A stretch of DNA of 55,394 nt, taken from the NCBI GenBank assembly GCA_963934675.1, contig CAWVZP010000002.1, positions 1 through 55,394 on the forward strand. Direction: 5' to 3'. Of the stretch, positions 12,685 to 23,422 are shown piece by piece. Under the pieces are notes generated by a model. The model saw only the letters and a list, made by a program, of their open reading frames with translations, was not told the origin of the DNA and did no database searches. The position numbers and the translations under genes are program-made. This stretch comes from an uncultured Gammaproteobacteria bacterium (lineage in GTDB: Bacteria; Pseudomonadota; Gammaproteobacteria; GCA-001735895). Each line of letters starts with the position of its first letter. Position 1 is the first letter of the stretch.

Positions 12685-13518
12685 TTAATCTAGGTTGTGC
12701 AGCGCATTTACCATTGCAATGGCATCTATTGTTTCAGCTACATCGTGTACACGGACTATATCAGCCCCCAGCATTGCAGCAATAACCGCGCTCGAAACAC
12801 TGCCATGGAGGCGTTGATCGACCGGCTTATTGAGTATGGTGCCAATCATACCTTTTCTTGACATTCCCACCAACAAGGGCACACCTAATGATTTAAATTC
12901 TGCAAGCGATTGCAACAATTGCAGGTTATGCTCCAATGTTTTTCCAAAACCAAAGCCAGGGTCAACAATAATATTATGCGGCTTGATGCCTGCAACAATT
13001 GCAGCCTCTATACGATGCTTTAAAAAAACCATCACTTCGCTAACTACGTTGTCATAGGTTGGATTTCTTTGCATTGTTTCTGGTGTGCCCTGCATGTGCA
13101 TAAAACACACTGGCACATCAAGATCTGCCGCCAAGTCCAATGAGCTCTCTAATCTCAGGGCCCAGATACTGTTAATCATGGTAGCCCCAGCGTCAACTGC
13201 TTGTTGAATCACATCCGGCTTATTAGTATCAATTGAAATAGGTACATCAGATACTTCTCGAATTAATTTAATCAGTGGAATAGTGCGAGCGAGCTCTTGG
13301 TCTAGGGCAACTTGCACTGAGCCAGGCCTAGTAGATTCTCCACCAACATCAAGAATATCAACACCATTATCAATCAACTTAAGTGCGTAATGAAAAGCGC
13401 TGTCTATAGCAGCAAATTGCCCACCATCTGAAAATGAGTCTGGTGTCGTATTTATTACGCCCATCACTTTAACGCGCTTGTTTAAATGGGAGTTTTCTAA
13501 ATTATTTTTTAAAGGCAT
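12685..13518 (-). CDS. folP: dihydropteroate synthase
   Basis: MGVINTTPDSFSDGG and GGESTRPG motifs. The start is uncertain. The ATG at 13518 directly abuts the ftsH terminator T-tract and has no SD. The ATG at 13464 (MGVINTT) is an alternative. The ORF-track TTG at 13536 lies inside the terminator stem. Confidence 0.9.
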   Translation of the reverse strand: MPLKNNLENSHLNKRVKVMGVINTTPDSFSDGGQFAAIDSAFHYALKLIDNGVDILDVGGESTRPGSVQVALDQELARTIPLIKLIREVSDVPISIDTNKPDVIQQAVDAGATMINSIWALRLESSLDLAADLDVPVCFMHMQGTPETMQRNPTYDNVVSEVMVFLKHRIEAAIVAGIKPHNIIVDPGFGFGKTLEHNLQLLQSLAEFKSLGVPLLVGMSRKGMIGTILNKPVDQRLHGSVSSAVIAAMLGADIVRVHDVAETIDAIAMVNALHNLD

Positions 13519-13551
13519 AAAAAAAGCAAAGATCAATTATTCGATCTTTGC
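13519..13551 (-). terminator. intrinsic terminator downstream of ftsH
   Basis: The reverse strand reads GCAAAGATC-GAATAATT-GATCTTTGC, a 9-bp perfect stem with an 8-nt loop, followed directly by TTTTTTT. It lies 12 nt after the ftsH stop. Confidence 0.75.
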
Positions 13552-13563
13552 CCTGTTTTAAGG

Positions 13564-15510
13564 TTAGTGAAACTTGGTAGCTGGATCAGATAGATCTGGG
13601 CTTTTATTTTCCTTGGTTTCTTTTGCTACAACTGGCGGGCTATTACCGCCAGAGCCAGAAGAACTAGATTCGTCATCAGTCCAATCTTGAGGGGGACCAG
13701 GAACCTTACCATCCATGATTGAATCAATTTGACTGGAGTCAATTGTTTCATACTTCATTAAAGCGTCAGCCATAACATGCAGCTTATCTTCATTCTCTTT
13801 CAAAATATCAACTGAGCGCTGATAGTTTTTGTCAATAAGCGATCGAATTTCAGAATCAATGGCTCGAACAGTCTCATCTGACACTGTTTTTTGTTTACCC
13901 ATCGATTTCCCTAGAAACACTTCGCCTTCTTCTTCACTGTAGGATAATGGACCCATACGATCTGAAAGGCCCCACTGAGTTACCATACTACGAGCAATGC
14001 TAGTAGCCCGCTCAATATCGTTAGATGCACCCGTTGTGACAGCGTCGGCTCCGAAAATTTGCTCTTCTGCAATCCGACCACCATACAAACTGGATAACTG
14101 GCTTTCAAGCAACTTTTTGCTATAGCTATAGCGATCTTCAACCGGCAAGAACATAGTCACACCCAGTGCACGTCCGCGAGGAATGATACTTACTTTATAA
14201 ACCGGATCGTGCTCAGGCACTATACGACCAACAATCGCATGCCCTGCCTCGTGATAAGCAGTCAACTTTTTCTCATCATCATTCATAATCATTGACTTGC
14301 GCTCTGCGCCCATCATGATCTTATCCTTTGCTTTCTCAAACTCACCCATATACACAAGCTTCTTGTTGCTTTTAGCAGCAAACAGTGCGGCTTCATTCAC
14401 TAAATTGGCAAGATCAGCACCAGAGAAGCCTGGAGTACCCCGCGCAATGACCATGGGGTCGACATTGTCAGCCGCAGGCAATTTTCGCATGTGAACTTTG
14501 AGAATTTGTGCACGGCCACGAACATCGGGTAATGGAACAATTACTTGTCGGTCAAAACGACCAGGCCTCAATAACGCAGGGTCTAAAACATCTGGGCGAT
14601 TTGTAGCGGCAATTACAATGACGCCTTCATTACCTTCAAAGCCATCCATCTCAACTAACAGCTGATTTAATGTCTGCTCTCGCTCATCATGACCACCGCC
14701 TACACCAGCACCTCGGTGCCTACCAACAGCATCTATCTCATCAATAAAAATAATGCAGGGCGAGTGCTTTTTAGCTTGCTCAAACATATCGCGAACACGA
14801 GACGCACCTACACCCACAAACATTTCGACAAAATCAGAACCCGAAATAGTGAAAAATGGCACTTTAGCTTCACCAGCAATAGCCTTGGCTAGTAGCGTTT
14901 TACCAGTACCCGGGGAGCCCACCATCAAGACACCTCGTGGAATCTTACCGCCCAATTTTTGGAATTTTGCAGGCTCGCGTAGGAACTCGACTAATTCACC
15001 CACTTCTTCCTTTGCCTCGTCAACACCAGCAACATCATTAAAAGAAATGTTAACTTGGTCTTCACTTAGTAGCTTTGCCTTACTTTTGCCAAAAGACATG
15101 GCGCCACGTCCACCGCCACCACCTTGCATTTGACGCATAAAGAAAATATATAAACCAATTAGAACAATGAAGGGAAACCAACTAACGAAGATATGCGCTA
15201 GCATAGAAGGTTGTTCGGGTGGTTTACCAACAATTGAAACATTAGCTCGATTCATATCACCAATCAGTGCAGAATTATCAGTCTCAGGGCTGTAAGTTGA
15301 GAAACTGACTCCAGATTTCAACTGGCCGGTAATAGTTTTACCTTCAATTAAAACCTCTTGCACCTGACCTTGCTTTACTTGAGTTAGGAAGTCAGAGTAC
15401 TTTAAACTAGAAGCGTTATTATTGCTCCGCCCACCGAAACTCTGAAATACTGTCAATAAGACAACGGCAATTACAACCCATAATATTAAATTTTTTGCTA
15501 CATCATTCAC
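13564..15510 (-). CDS. ftsH: ATP-dependent zinc metalloprotease FtsH
   Basis: N-terminal TM helices, Walker [14 protein letters not shown], the AAA second region of homology, and the HEAGHA zinc site. Confidence 0.98.
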   Translation of the reverse strand: MNDVAKNLILWVVIAVVLLTVFQSFGGRSNNNASSLKYSDFLTQVKQGQVQEVLIEGKTITGQLKSGVSFSTYSPETDNSALIGDMNRANVSIVGKPPEQPSMLAHIFVSWFPFIVLIGLYIFFMRQMQGGGGGRGAMSFGKSKAKLLSEDQVNISFNDVAGVDEAKEEVGELVEFLREPAKFQKLGGKIPRGVLMVGSPGTGKTLLAKAIAGEAKVPFFTISGSDFVEMFVGVGASRVRDMFEQAKKHSPCIIFIDEIDAVGRHRGAGVGGGHDEREQTLNQLLVEMDGFEGNEGVIVIAATNRPDVLDPALLRPGRFDRQVIVPLPDVRGRAQILKVHMRKLPAADNVDPMVIARGTPGFSGADLANLVNEAALFAAKSNKKLVYMGEFEKAKDKIMMGAERKSMIMNDDEKKLTAYHEAGHAIVGRIVPEHDPVYKVSIIPRGRALGVTMFLPVEDRYSYSKKLLESQLSSLYGGRIAEEQIFGADAVTTGASNDIERATSIARSMVTQWGLSDRMGPLSYSEEEGEVFLGKSMGKQKTVSDETVRAIDSEIRSLIDKNYQRSVDILKENEDKLHVMADALMKYETIDSSQIDSIMDGKVPGPPQDWTDDESSSSGSGGNSPPVVAKETKENKSPDLSDPATKFH

Positions 15511-15642
15511 TTGTCAACACCTTATATTGTGTTAGCTAAATTGGCATTTATTATGCGAATTTAGAATAATTTCGAATCGACACTTTACGTATCATTTCAC
15601 GACTTAATTAACGAGAAACTAACTTACTCTCAAAAGAACACC

Positions 15643-16260
15643 CTATTTTAAACCACTACAAACCGCATAAATTTCACGAGACCTTGCGCGTGATGCGTCA
15701 GGTTTACGGTATTTGACGGATTTAAATATCGATTTAAACGATGAAATAAGCGCCTCATATCCTTCACCCTGAAAAAGCTTCACCACAAATTGTCCATCCT
15801 TAGCTAAACAACTCTTCGCTAACTCGAAGGCCAGCTCTCCCAAATACATTGATCGCGGCTGATCCACTGAGTCAACTCCACTTAAGTTGGGGGCCATATC
15901 AGATAAAACAAGGTCAACCGGCTGCCTATCAACCAAATCAAGAACTTGTTCTAACGTATCGGCCTCTGTGAAATCGCCTTGAATAATCTCAACGCCTGCA
16001 ATTGGGTCTATTGGCAATATATCAATTGCGATCAGACGTCCTTTTGGCCCACCAAATTGACTAACGTATTCACTCCAGCCACCGGGGGCAGCGCCTAAAT
16101 CTAGCACAAACATACCTGGTTTAAGCAGTTTATCTTTTTGCTGAAGTTCGATTAACTTATAAACCGCACGCGAACGATAACCTTCCTTACGTGCCTGCAG
16201 CACGTATTGATCGTCATGATGTTCCTGAAGCCATTTTTGACTGCTTTTGGAGCGCGACAT
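15643..16260 (-). CDS. rlmE: 23S rRNA (uridine2552-2'-O)-methyltransferase RlmE/FtsJ
   Basis: SRAVYKL and LDLGAAPGGWS SAM-binding motifs. Lies upstream of ftsH, as in other gammaproteobacteria. Confidence 0.95.
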   Translation of the reverse strand: MSRSKSSQKWLQEHHDDQYVLQARKEGYRSRAVYKLIELQQKDKLLKPGMFVLDLGAAPGGWSEYVSQFGGPKGRLIAIDILPIDPIAGVEIIQGDFTEADTLEQVLDLVDRQPVDLVLSDMAPNLSGVDSVDQPRSMYLGELAFELAKSCLAKDGQFVVKLFQGEGYEALISSFKSIFKSVKYRKPDASRARSREIYAVCSGLK

Positions 16261-16366
16261 GCTTTAATCCTCAAGACCTAAGTCAGTAATTTATGCGGGT
16301 AACCAATGCGAGCAAGCTGTGTTAATATGCTCGGCCTTTGAAGTCACATCAGAACTAAGCACTAGA

Positions 16367-16681
16367 ATGAACCTATCAAAAGTACAGAATAAACGATTGC
16401 GAGCCGAATCACATCAATTGAAGCCCGTTGTCATGATTGGTCAAAACGGCTTAACGGAAGCGGTTCAAAATGAAATCGAAATAGCCATTGATCATCACGA
16501 ATTAATTAAAATTCGCATACCTGCCACAGGAAAGTCAGCAAAAAAACAAATGATAGACGCTATTTGCACACGTCACAATGCTGAACCGGTACAAATCATT
16601 GGAAATGTTGCTGTTATTTATCGACGTAATATTAAATCTGATCGATTCGGTAAGGTCACCAGCCCCACACCCCAAAGGTAG
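16367..16681 (+). CDS. yhbY: ribosome assembly RNA-binding protein YhbY (CRM domain)
   Basis: MNLSKVQNKRLRAESHQLKPVVMIGQNGLTEAV is a typical YhbY N-terminus, and the gene is divergent from rlmE. I prefer the ATG at 16367. The ORF-track start at 16319 is a GTG 16 codons upstream. Confidence 0.88.
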   Translation: MNLSKVQNKRLRAESHQLKPVVMIGQNGLTEAVQNEIEIAIDHHELIKIRIPATGKSAKKQMIDAICTRHNAEPVQIIGNVAVIYRRNIKSDRFGKVTSPTPQR

Positions 16682-16742
16682 GTCTTAGCTACAAGCCATC
16701 AAAATAAAAGAGAACTAAGAACCTTTGTAACGGCAATTTTAT

Positions 16743-17219
16743 TTAGCGATAGTGAACTGCAGTAACTTCATATTCGCGATTGCCGCTTGGTGCTCGAACG
16801 ATCACTTCATCGCCTTCTTCTTTGCCTATCATTGCTCTCGCAATAGGTGAGCTGATGGCGATGCGATTGAGCCTAATATCGGCTTCAATATCACCAACGA
16901 TCTGATAGGTTACTTCTTCATCGCTTTCAATGTCCATTAATTCAACGGTGCAGCCAAAAACGACTCGACCTGTTTTATTTAACTTGGTTACATCTATAGT
17001 TTGAGCATTACCTAAAACAGACTCTAGCTCGGCAATACGACCTTCCATGAAACCCTGCTCTTCACGGGCCGCGTGATATTCAGCATTCTCTTTTAAGTCA
17101 CCGTGGTCTCTTGCCACTGCAATCGCTTCTACCACGATAGGTCTTTTGACATATTTCAAATCTTTTAGCTCTGCTTTTAATCTTTCAGAGCCTTCAGCTG
17201 TTACTGGTATTTGGTTCAT
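16743..17219 (-). CDS. greA: transcription elongation factor GreA
   Basis: 158 aa, with [14 protein letters not shown] in the coiled coil and a C-terminal FKBP-like domain. Lies directly downstream of carB. Confidence 0.96.
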   Translation of the reverse strand: MNQIPVTAEGSERLKAELKDLKYVKRPIVVEAIAVARDHGDLKENAEYHAAREEQGFMEGRIAELESVLGNAQTIDVTKLNKTGRVVFGCTVELMDIESDEEVTYQIVGDIEADIRLNRIAISSPIARAMIGKEEGDEVIVRAPSGNREYEVTAVHYR

Positions 17220-17224
17220 AAATA

Positions 17225-20200
17225 CTAATCCTGATGCAATGTTTGCAGCCTGTACACATCACCAATCTCGCGGTGAGACATGGCCTGACAGATTGCTTTT
17301 CCGCCTGAGAGCGTCGTAGAGTAACAAACAGAATGCATAAGTGCTTCACGTCGAATCGCATAGGAATCACCAATAGCCGACCGGCCTTCAGTCGTATTGA
17401 CAATTAATGCAATTTCATCATTCTTTATCATATCAACAATGTGTGGCCGACCTTCTTTTACCTTGTTGACATGCTTGCAATCTATACCCGCAGCCTGAAT
17501 AATTTTGGCTGTGCCACCTGTCGCCACTAAACTAAACCCCTGATCGTGAAGCTCTTTTGCCAAGCTGGCAACTGAACGTTTGTCTATTTCACGAACACTT
17601 AAGAATGCAGTACCCGATTTAGGAATACTGACGCCTGCACCTTGCATGGCTTTCGCAAAAGCCTCTGCAAACGAGAGACCAATACCCATCACTTCGCCGG
17701 TAGACTTCATTTCTGGCCCAAGAATCGGGTCAACACCTTGAAATTTTGCAAATGGGAATACGGATTCCTTAACGGATACAAAATCGGGTATTACTTGTTC
17801 TGTTCTACCTTGATCTATCAATGACTGACCAACCATGCAACGAGCCGCCACTTTCGCTAATTGAACACCCGTTGCTTTTGAGACAAAAGGCACAGTACGC
17901 GAAGCTCTTGGATTGACTTCGAGAATGTAAATTTCCTCCCCTTTAATGGCAAACTGTGTATTCATCAAGCCAACAACATTGAGGGCTTTCGCCATTTGCG
18001 CTACCTGCTCACAAAGCTTTTGCTGAATATGGGCAGGCAATGAGTAAGGTGGTAGCGAACAAGCCGAATCACCTGAATGAACACCCGCCTGCTCAATGTG
18101 CTCCATTAATCCACAAACAACGACATCCTCACCATCACATATGGCATCAACATCAACTTCAATCGCTTCATCCAGAAAGCGATCGAGCAAAATCGGCGAA
18201 TCTTTAATAATTTTCACCGCTTCCTTCATGTAGTTAGTCAGATCTTCCTGATCATATACAATTTCCATCGCACGTCCTCCCAGCACATAGGACGGCCTCA
18301 CCACTAACGGAAAACCAACCTCATCAGCCAGAGCAGCGGAAGATTCGACGTCAAATGCAATGCGATTCGGAGGCTGAAGCAAATCCAGGTCTTGGATCAT
18401 TTTCTGAAAACGTTCTCGATCTTCGGCTAGATCAATTGAATCTGGGGTTGTACCAACAATAGGCACGCCTGCACCCTCAAGTGCGCGAGCAAGGTTTAAC
18501 GGAGTTTGCCCACCAAACTGAACAATCACACCCTTTGGCTTTTCTAAGTGAACTATTTCAAGTACATCTTCATAAGTCAAAGGCTCGAAATACAATCGAT
18601 CGGAGGTGTCGTAATCAGTTGAAACGGTTTCAGGGTTGCAATTAACCATGATTGTCTCATAGCCGTCTTCGCGCATTGCCATTGCTGCGTGAACGCAGCA
18701 ATAGTCGAACTCAATTCCTTGTCCGATTCGATTAGGCCCACCACCCAACACCATAATTTTATCGCGGCCACTCGGCTCAGCTTCACATTCTTGCTCATAA
18801 GTAGAATAAAGGTAAGCAGTGGAGGATGAAAATTCAGCAGCACAGGTATCAACTCGCTTATAAACCGGTCGAATACCGAGCGCTCGGCGCAGGTCGCCTA
18901 CTTCTAGCTCATCCGCCTCAAGTAGGGTCGCCAGACGTCTATCTGAAAAGCCTTTTCTTTTTAAAGCGAAGAATTCTTTGGCGCTGATCAACTTGACATC
19001 ACGCCCCTTTAATTCTGCTTCACAACGGACCAAGTCTTCAATCTGCGCTAGGAACCAGGGGTCAATTTTGGTTTCATCAAATAGCCTCTGAGCACTATAT
19101 CCAGCGCGGAATGCATCGGCAACATACCAAATACGATTCGCACCAGGTAACCTGAGCTCTTTTCGAAACAAGTCTTCCCTCTCATCTCTATTAAGACCTG
19201 GGTCAACAATTTCATCTAGACCAAAGACACCGGTTTCTAAGCCACGGAGTGCTTTTTGGAATGATTCCTGAAAGCTACGTCCAATTGCCATAACTTCCCC
19301 AACCGACTTCATTTGAGTCGATAAACGATCATCCGCCTGGGGGAATTTCTCAAAGGTGAAACGGGGTATTTTAGTCACTACATAATCAATCGACGGCTCA
19401 AAAGATGCCGGTGTGGCCCCACCGGTAATATCATTTTGCAACTCATTCAGGGTGTAGCCAACTGCCAGCTTAGCGGCTACTTTGGCTATTGGAAAACCTG
19501 TTGCCTTTGATGCTAAAGCGGAAGAACGCGACACACGTGGATTCATTTCAATTACGATCATTTCGCCGTTTTCGGGGTTAATCGCAAACTGTACGTTTGA
19601 TCCACCCGTTTCAACACCAATTTTCCGTAATACCGCAATCGAAGCATTACGCATAATTTGGTATTCTTTGTCGGTGAGCGTTTGCGCAGGTGCAACCGTA
19701 ATGGAATCACCAGTATGCACGCCCATCGGATCAAGGTTTTCAATTGAACAAATGATAATGCAATTGTCGTTACGGTCACGCACGACTTCCATTTCGTATT
19801 CTTTCCAACCTAGCACCGAAACTTCAATTAATACTTCTGTGGTCGGGGAGAGCTCAAGCCCACGCTTAATAATATCTTCGAATTCTTCACGATTATAGGC
19901 AATACCGCCACCGCTTCCACCCATTGTGAATGAAGGCCGGATGATAATAGGGAACCCTATTTGCGCCTGACCTTGCCAGGCCTCTTCTAAACTATGGGCG
20001 ATAAAGGCCTTCGGTGTGCTTAAACCTATATCGGTCATTGCTTTGCGGAATTGATCACGATCTTCAGCCATATCGATGGCTTCGCGACTAGCGCCAATCA
20101 TTTCTACGTTGTACTTTTCAAGCACGCCTTCCCGATCAAGGTCGAGCGCACAGTTGAGTGCTGTCTGACCACCCATAGTCGGCAACAAAACATCAGGCCG

Positions 20201-20443
20201 CTCTTTTTCGATTATTTTCTCGACTGCCTTCCAGTGAATTGGCTCGATGTAAGTCGCATCAGCCGTTCCAGGATCTGTCATAATGGTAGCTGGGTTAGAA
20301 TTGATCAATATAACCCGCAAACCTTCCTCTTTAAGGGCTTTGCAGGCCTGTGCACCCGAATAGTCGAATTCACAAGCTTGGCCAATAACAATGGGTCCTG
20401 CACCAATGATTAATACCGACTTAATGTCTTTTCTTAAAGGCAT
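17225..20443 (-). CDS. carB: carbamoyl-phosphate synthase large subunit
   Basis: 1072 aa with duplicated ATP-grasp halves ([11 protein letters not shown] and [11 protein letters not shown]) and a C-terminal MGS-like domain. Confidence 0.98.
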   Translation of the reverse strand: MPLRKDIKSVLIIGAGPIVIGQACEFDYSGAQACKALKEEGLRVILINSNPATIMTDPGTADATYIEPIHWKAVEKIIEKERPDVLLPTMGGQTALNCALDLDREGVLEKYNVEMIGASREAIDMAEDRDQFRKAMTDIGLSTPKAFIAHSLEEAWQGQAQIGFPIIIRPSFTMGGSGGGIAYNREEFEDIIKRGLELSPTTEVLIEVSVLGWKEYEMEVVRDRNDNCIIICSIENLDPMGVHTGDSITVAPAQTLTDKEYQIMRNASIAVLRKIGVETGGSNVQFAINPENGEMIVIEMNPRVSRSSALASKATGFPIAKVAAKLAVGYTLNELQNDITGGATPASFEPSIDYVVTKIPRFTFEKFPQADDRLSTQMKSVGEVMAIGRSFQESFQKALRGLETGVFGLDEIVDPGLNRDEREDLFRKELRLPGANRIWYVADAFRAGYSAQRLFDETKIDPWFLAQIEDLVRCEAELKGRDVKLISAKEFFALKRKGFSDRRLATLLEADELEVGDLRRALGIRPVYKRVDTCAAEFSSSTAYLYSTYEQECEAEPSGRDKIMVLGGGPNRIGQGIEFDYCCVHAAMAMREDGYETIMVNCNPETVSTDYDTSDRLYFEPLTYEDVLEIVHLEKPKGVIVQFGGQTPLNLARALEGAGVPIVGTTPDSIDLAEDRERFQKMIQDLDLLQPPNRIAFDVESSAALADEVGFPLVVRPSYVLGGRAMEIVYDQEDLTNYMKEAVKIIKDSPILLDRFLDEAIEVDVDAICDGEDVVVCGLMEHIEQAGVHSGDSACSLPPYSLPAHIQQKLCEQVAQMAKALNVVGLMNTQFAIKGEEIYILEVNPRASRTVPFVSKATGVQLAKVAARCMVGQSLIDQGRTEQVIPDFVSVKESVFPFAKFQGVDPILGPEMKSTGEVMGIGLSFAEAFAKAMQGAGVSIPKSGTAFLSVREIDKRSVASLAKELHDQGFSLVATGGTAKIIQAAGIDCKHVNKVKEGRPHIVDMIKNDEIALIVNTTEGRSAIGDSYAIRREALMHSVCYSTTLSGGKAICQAMSHREIGDVYRLQTLHQD

Positions 20444-21609
20444 TAGACTGCTCCAACGGTATCGGGGCGATCAGTTTTCTGATTAATATACGCCTCTATT
20501 AATTCAAAAAAATGGTCGAACAAAGGGGCAACATCGTGCGGACCAGGACTCGCTTCGGGGTGGCCCTGAAAACTAAACGCAGGTTTATCGGTACGATGAA
20601 CAGCCTGTAGGCTACGATCAAACAAAGAAACGTGAGTAGTGCGTAAGTTATCAGGCAAACTTTCTTGGTCAACTGCAAAACCGTGGTTCTGGCTGGTTAT
20701 CATCACAACACCCGTATCAATATCCTGTACCGGATGATTAGCACCGTGGTGACCAAACTTCATTTTCATTGTTTTTGCACCGCTAGCAAGCGCTAACAAC
20801 TGATGCCCCAAACAAATACCAAAAACAGGGACATCGGTTTCAAGAATTGACTGTATTGCCGCTATCGCATAATCACACGGCTCCGGATCGCCCGGACCGT
20901 TTGATAAGAAAACACCATCAGGTTTCATTTTTAACACGGTTTCTGCGGGCGTCTGCGCTGGAACAACCGTAACTTTTGCGCCGCGTTCAGCGAGCATACA
21001 AAGAATATTCTTTTTAATACCATAATCATAAGCAACAATATGATAACGATTATCAGAGGATGCCTCGTAACCGCCCTCTAAAGTCCAGGTCGACAAAGAC
21101 CAATCATAGATTTCATTGGTACTAACAACTTTTGCCAAATCCATACCCTGCAGCCCTTCAAATGCTCTGGCGGCTTCCAGTGCTTTTTCTATTGATGGAT
21201 TTTCTCCAGCCAGAATAGCGCCATTTTGAGCGCCATGATCACGTAGATGGCGCGTTAATTGTCGTGTGTCTATGTCGGCAATCGCGACGACATTTCGTGC
21301 CACGAGGTAGCCCTGTAGACTGCTTTCACTTCTCCAGTTACTGGCAAGTAGGGGTAAGTCTCTAATGATTAATCCACTGGCGTGAATATGCATTGCTTCT
21401 TCATCCTCGCTGTTAACCCCGGTATTACCGATATGGGGATAGGTTAACGTAATGAGTTGTTTACAATAGGATGGGTCTGTCAATATTTCTTGGTAGCCAG
21501 TCATGGACGTATTGAAGACCACCTCCCCCGGCGACATGCCCTCGGCACCAATTGATATACCCTCAAATATAGTTCCATCTTGCAGGGCTAATATTGCTGG
21601 GTTTGGCAC
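20443..21609 (-). CDS. carA: carbamoyl-phosphate synthase small (glutaminase) subunit
   Basis: GICLGHQLL catalytic Cys and an HGFAV..HPE triad. GTG start with a GGAGG SD 6-7 nt upstream. Overlaps carB by 1 nt. Confidence 0.97.
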   Translation of the reverse strand: MPNPAILALQDGTIFEGISIGAEGMSPGEVVFNTSMTGYQEILTDPSYCKQLITLTYPHIGNTGVNSEDEEAMHIHASGLIIRDLPLLASNWRSESSLQGYLVARNVVAIADIDTRQLTRHLRDHGAQNGAILAGENPSIEKALEAARAFEGLQGMDLAKVVSTNEIYDWSLSTWTLEGGYEASSDNRYHIVAYDYGIKKNILCMLAERGAKVTVVPAQTPAETVLKMKPDGVFLSNGPGDPEPCDYAIAAIQSILETDVPVFGICLGHQLLALASGAKTMKMKFGHHGANHPVQDIDTGVVMITSQNHGFAVDQESLPDNLRTTHVSLFDRSLQAVHRTDKPAFSFQGHPEASPGPHDVAPLFDHFFELIEAYINQKTDRPDTVGAV

Positions 21610-21645
21610 AAAACCTCCGGGTTCAAAAAAATGCGCGCGCAGAAA

Positions 21646-21673
21646 AATTGAGAGAACGTTGGTACTCTCAATT
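21646..21673 (-). promoter_or_regulatory. terminator-like hairpin in the carA leader (candidate attenuator)
   Basis: The reverse strand reads AATTGAGAG-taccaacgtt-CTCTCAATT, a 9-bp stem, followed by TTTTCTGCGCGCGCATTTTTTTG, then the GGAGG SD and the carA GTG about 35 nt downstream. Confidence 0.4.
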
Positions 21674-21781
21674 ATAAATTAAATTTTAAGATATTACACT
21701 GCGAAAGCAGGATCTTCTATGATGGAAGTCTACGATAAATGCAATTTTCCGTCTATAGCCTGCATAGGGGAAAACAATCAA

Positions 21782-21804
21782 ATATGAATAATAATTATTC
21801 ATAT
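21782..21804. promoter_or_regulatory. perfect 23-bp palindrome (candidate operator) in the carA/grx divergent intergenic region
   Basis: ATATGAATAAT-A-ATTATTCATAT has 11-bp perfect arms. It contains TGAAT...ATTCA half-sites. Confidence 0.35.
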
Positions 21805-21997
21805 GGTTATGCCACTTCAAGTGTTAATCAAACAAACTTTAATTTAGAAGCTCTGATCAAATCATTACTTCTTCATAGCCTGAATCCAATCCGCAACTAA
21901 CAAACATTTTTCCATGTGAAAATTATGGGTATATTAACGCCACCTTTCAATAGAATATCGAACTTTAATTATAGTCTATTAGGATTTTCAATTACTC

Positions 21998-22273
21998 ATG
22001 TCAGGCATTACCATTTACTCATCCATGTTATGTGGATTTTGTCATCGTGCAAAACAACTTCTCAACCAAAAAAATTTAGCCTTTGACGAAATAGACGTTG
22101 GTGAAAAGCCCGGCGCCTATCAGGAAATGCTCAAAGTTAGCCACGGTAGTTCTAGCGTTCCTCAGATATTCATAGGCAACACTCATGTTGGTGGATGTGA
22201 TGAACTGTTCGAAATGGATTCGAGCGGTGAATTAGACGACCTGTTAACCGAACTGAATCTAACCACTCTATAA
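21998..22273 (+). CDS. glutaredoxin (Grx3-like, non-canonical CGFC active site)
   Basis: 91 aa, collinear with E. coli Grx3 as I recall it (YS..C..CHRAK.LL......F.EI.....P......M.......SVPQIFI....VGGCDEL). The active site reads CGFC instead of CPYC. Confidence 0.85.
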   Translation: MSGITIYSSMLCGFCHRAKQLLNQKNLAFDEIDVGEKPGAYQEMLKVSHGSSSVPQIFIGNTHVGGCDELFEMDSSGELDDLLTELNLTTL

Positions 22274-22464
22274 ACTGTTACAGATACCTCTTAGCCCAGA
22301 AATACCGTGTGGAAGCCTGTAAATTTAGCCATTAGGTTAATATATAAACTAATGACCTAAACCACAGTGAGCTTCTGTAACTGGAAGCTCAAACAAAAAG
22401 TTCACAAAATCAGAGATTCTCCAACAAGCGCGGTAAAAGCAAACTCAAATTAGTGCCCAATGAA

Positions 22465-23205
22465 TCAGTCACTGCATGGCCAAGTGGATGGTTGTTTCAG
22501 ACCATAGGGTAAAACAGTGTCATTATCACCACAGGCAATGTTTATTTGTGCCTGAGTTATATTTTGAGTATTGCTCAGGTCGACCCCCTGAAAATGAGTA
22601 TAAAATGTATAAGCCCCAATAAAATTCACCTGATTTAGAGTTGCGCCAGTAAACCGAGCACGAGATAAATTTGAATACTCGAAATTGACACCATCTAGCT
22701 TGGCACCGTTAAATTCGGCTCGACCTATTTCAGCGCGAGACCAGTCAACTTGTTGAAAGATAGCATTTTCGAAATTAGTTCGAGAAAACTCAGATTTGAC
22801 CATAATCGCATCAATAAAACGAGAAGCACTAAAGTCAGTATGATACCCCATTGATTTCGTCATATTAGCCCGCAAAAAAAGACTTTTTTTGGCATTTGAT
22901 CGAGATAAATCAGCTTTTATTAGACTCCCGCCAGTAAAGTTACTATTGTCAAGCCTGCTAGAACTCAAATCAGCCTCGTCAAACCGCGCATTCGTAAAGT
23001 CTTGCTGATTAAGCATTTTGTACGATTTTTTACAACCGGACCAATCAACACCCGGACCACCTCTATCGGTACAGGATGCGTGAGCTAATTGGTTAATAGC
23101 AGCCAGTATTAGCAAGGTAATCGCCATCAAACTTAATGGCTTGAACGTCGATTTATTTCGATTAGATTGAGTCAAAATATTAATCCTAAATTGTTTTGTT
23201 AGCAC
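22465..23205 (-). CDS. secreted pentapeptide-repeat protein
   Basis: GTG start and a signal-peptide-like N-terminus (...LMAITLLILAAINQLAHA/SC). About 30 tandem A(D/N)LxX-type pentapeptides follow (ADLSSSRLDNSNFTGGSLIKADLSRSNAKK...). Cys residues flank the repeat domain. Confidence 0.8.
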   Translation of the reverse strand: MLTKQFRINILTQSNRNKSTFKPLSLMAITLLILAAINQLAHASCTDRGGPGVDWSGCKKSYKMLNQQDFTNARFDEADLSSSRLDNSNFTGGSLIKADLSRSNAKKSLFLRANMTKSMGYHTDFSASRFIDAIMVKSEFSRTNFENAIFQQVDWSRAEIGRAEFNGAKLDGVNFEYSNLSRARFTGATLNQVNFIGAYTFYTHFQGVDLSNTQNITQAQINIACGDNDTVLPYGLKQPSTWPCSD

Positions 23206-23422
23206 TACTTTCTGAAAATCCCACTCAGCATTTGAAATAACGAAGAACCTTATTTAGTCGGACTTGGGCCTGTTCAAATAATTCCTTTAGCTCAAAAAAC
23301 TCATAAACATTGGAGATGTTTAGCCTACTCTGTGGCTTTTATTCATCCCTTTCATTTAATTCATTTAAGTGACAAAGTATGGTCTGTTTTAAATTATCTA
23401 CCTAACTAAATGCTGACCCATT

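Noticed and set aside
14753-15133. A 126-aa antisense ORF inside ftsH. Similar antisense or alternate-frame ORFs occur inside nuoG (3113-3331, 3591-3779, 4772-4987), nuoF (5615-5899, 6110-6346), carB (19482-19898, 20051-20413), lpdA (27675-28106, 28547-28867), aceF, aceE, pyrC/rnt, pilS, pilR and pilB.
   Set aside because: All are embedded in strongly conserved genes, and their composition is Pro/Ser/Arg-rich or low-complexity. They have no recognisable motifs, SDs or independent signals, and they look like shadow ORFs.
21782-21804. Calling the 23-bp palindrome an ArgR ARG box or a Fur box outright
   Set aside because: The half-sites match, but the spacing does not. It is 7 nt rather than 4 for ARG boxes, and 8-1-8 rather than 7-1-7 for Fur. 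I kept it only as an unassigned candidate operator.
22369-22390. The GAGCTTC-N8-GAAGCTC hairpin between the convergent grx and pentapeptide genes, considered as a terminator
   Set aside because: No U-tract follows the stem on either strand. On the minus strand the T-rich run precedes the stem. It is too weak to call.
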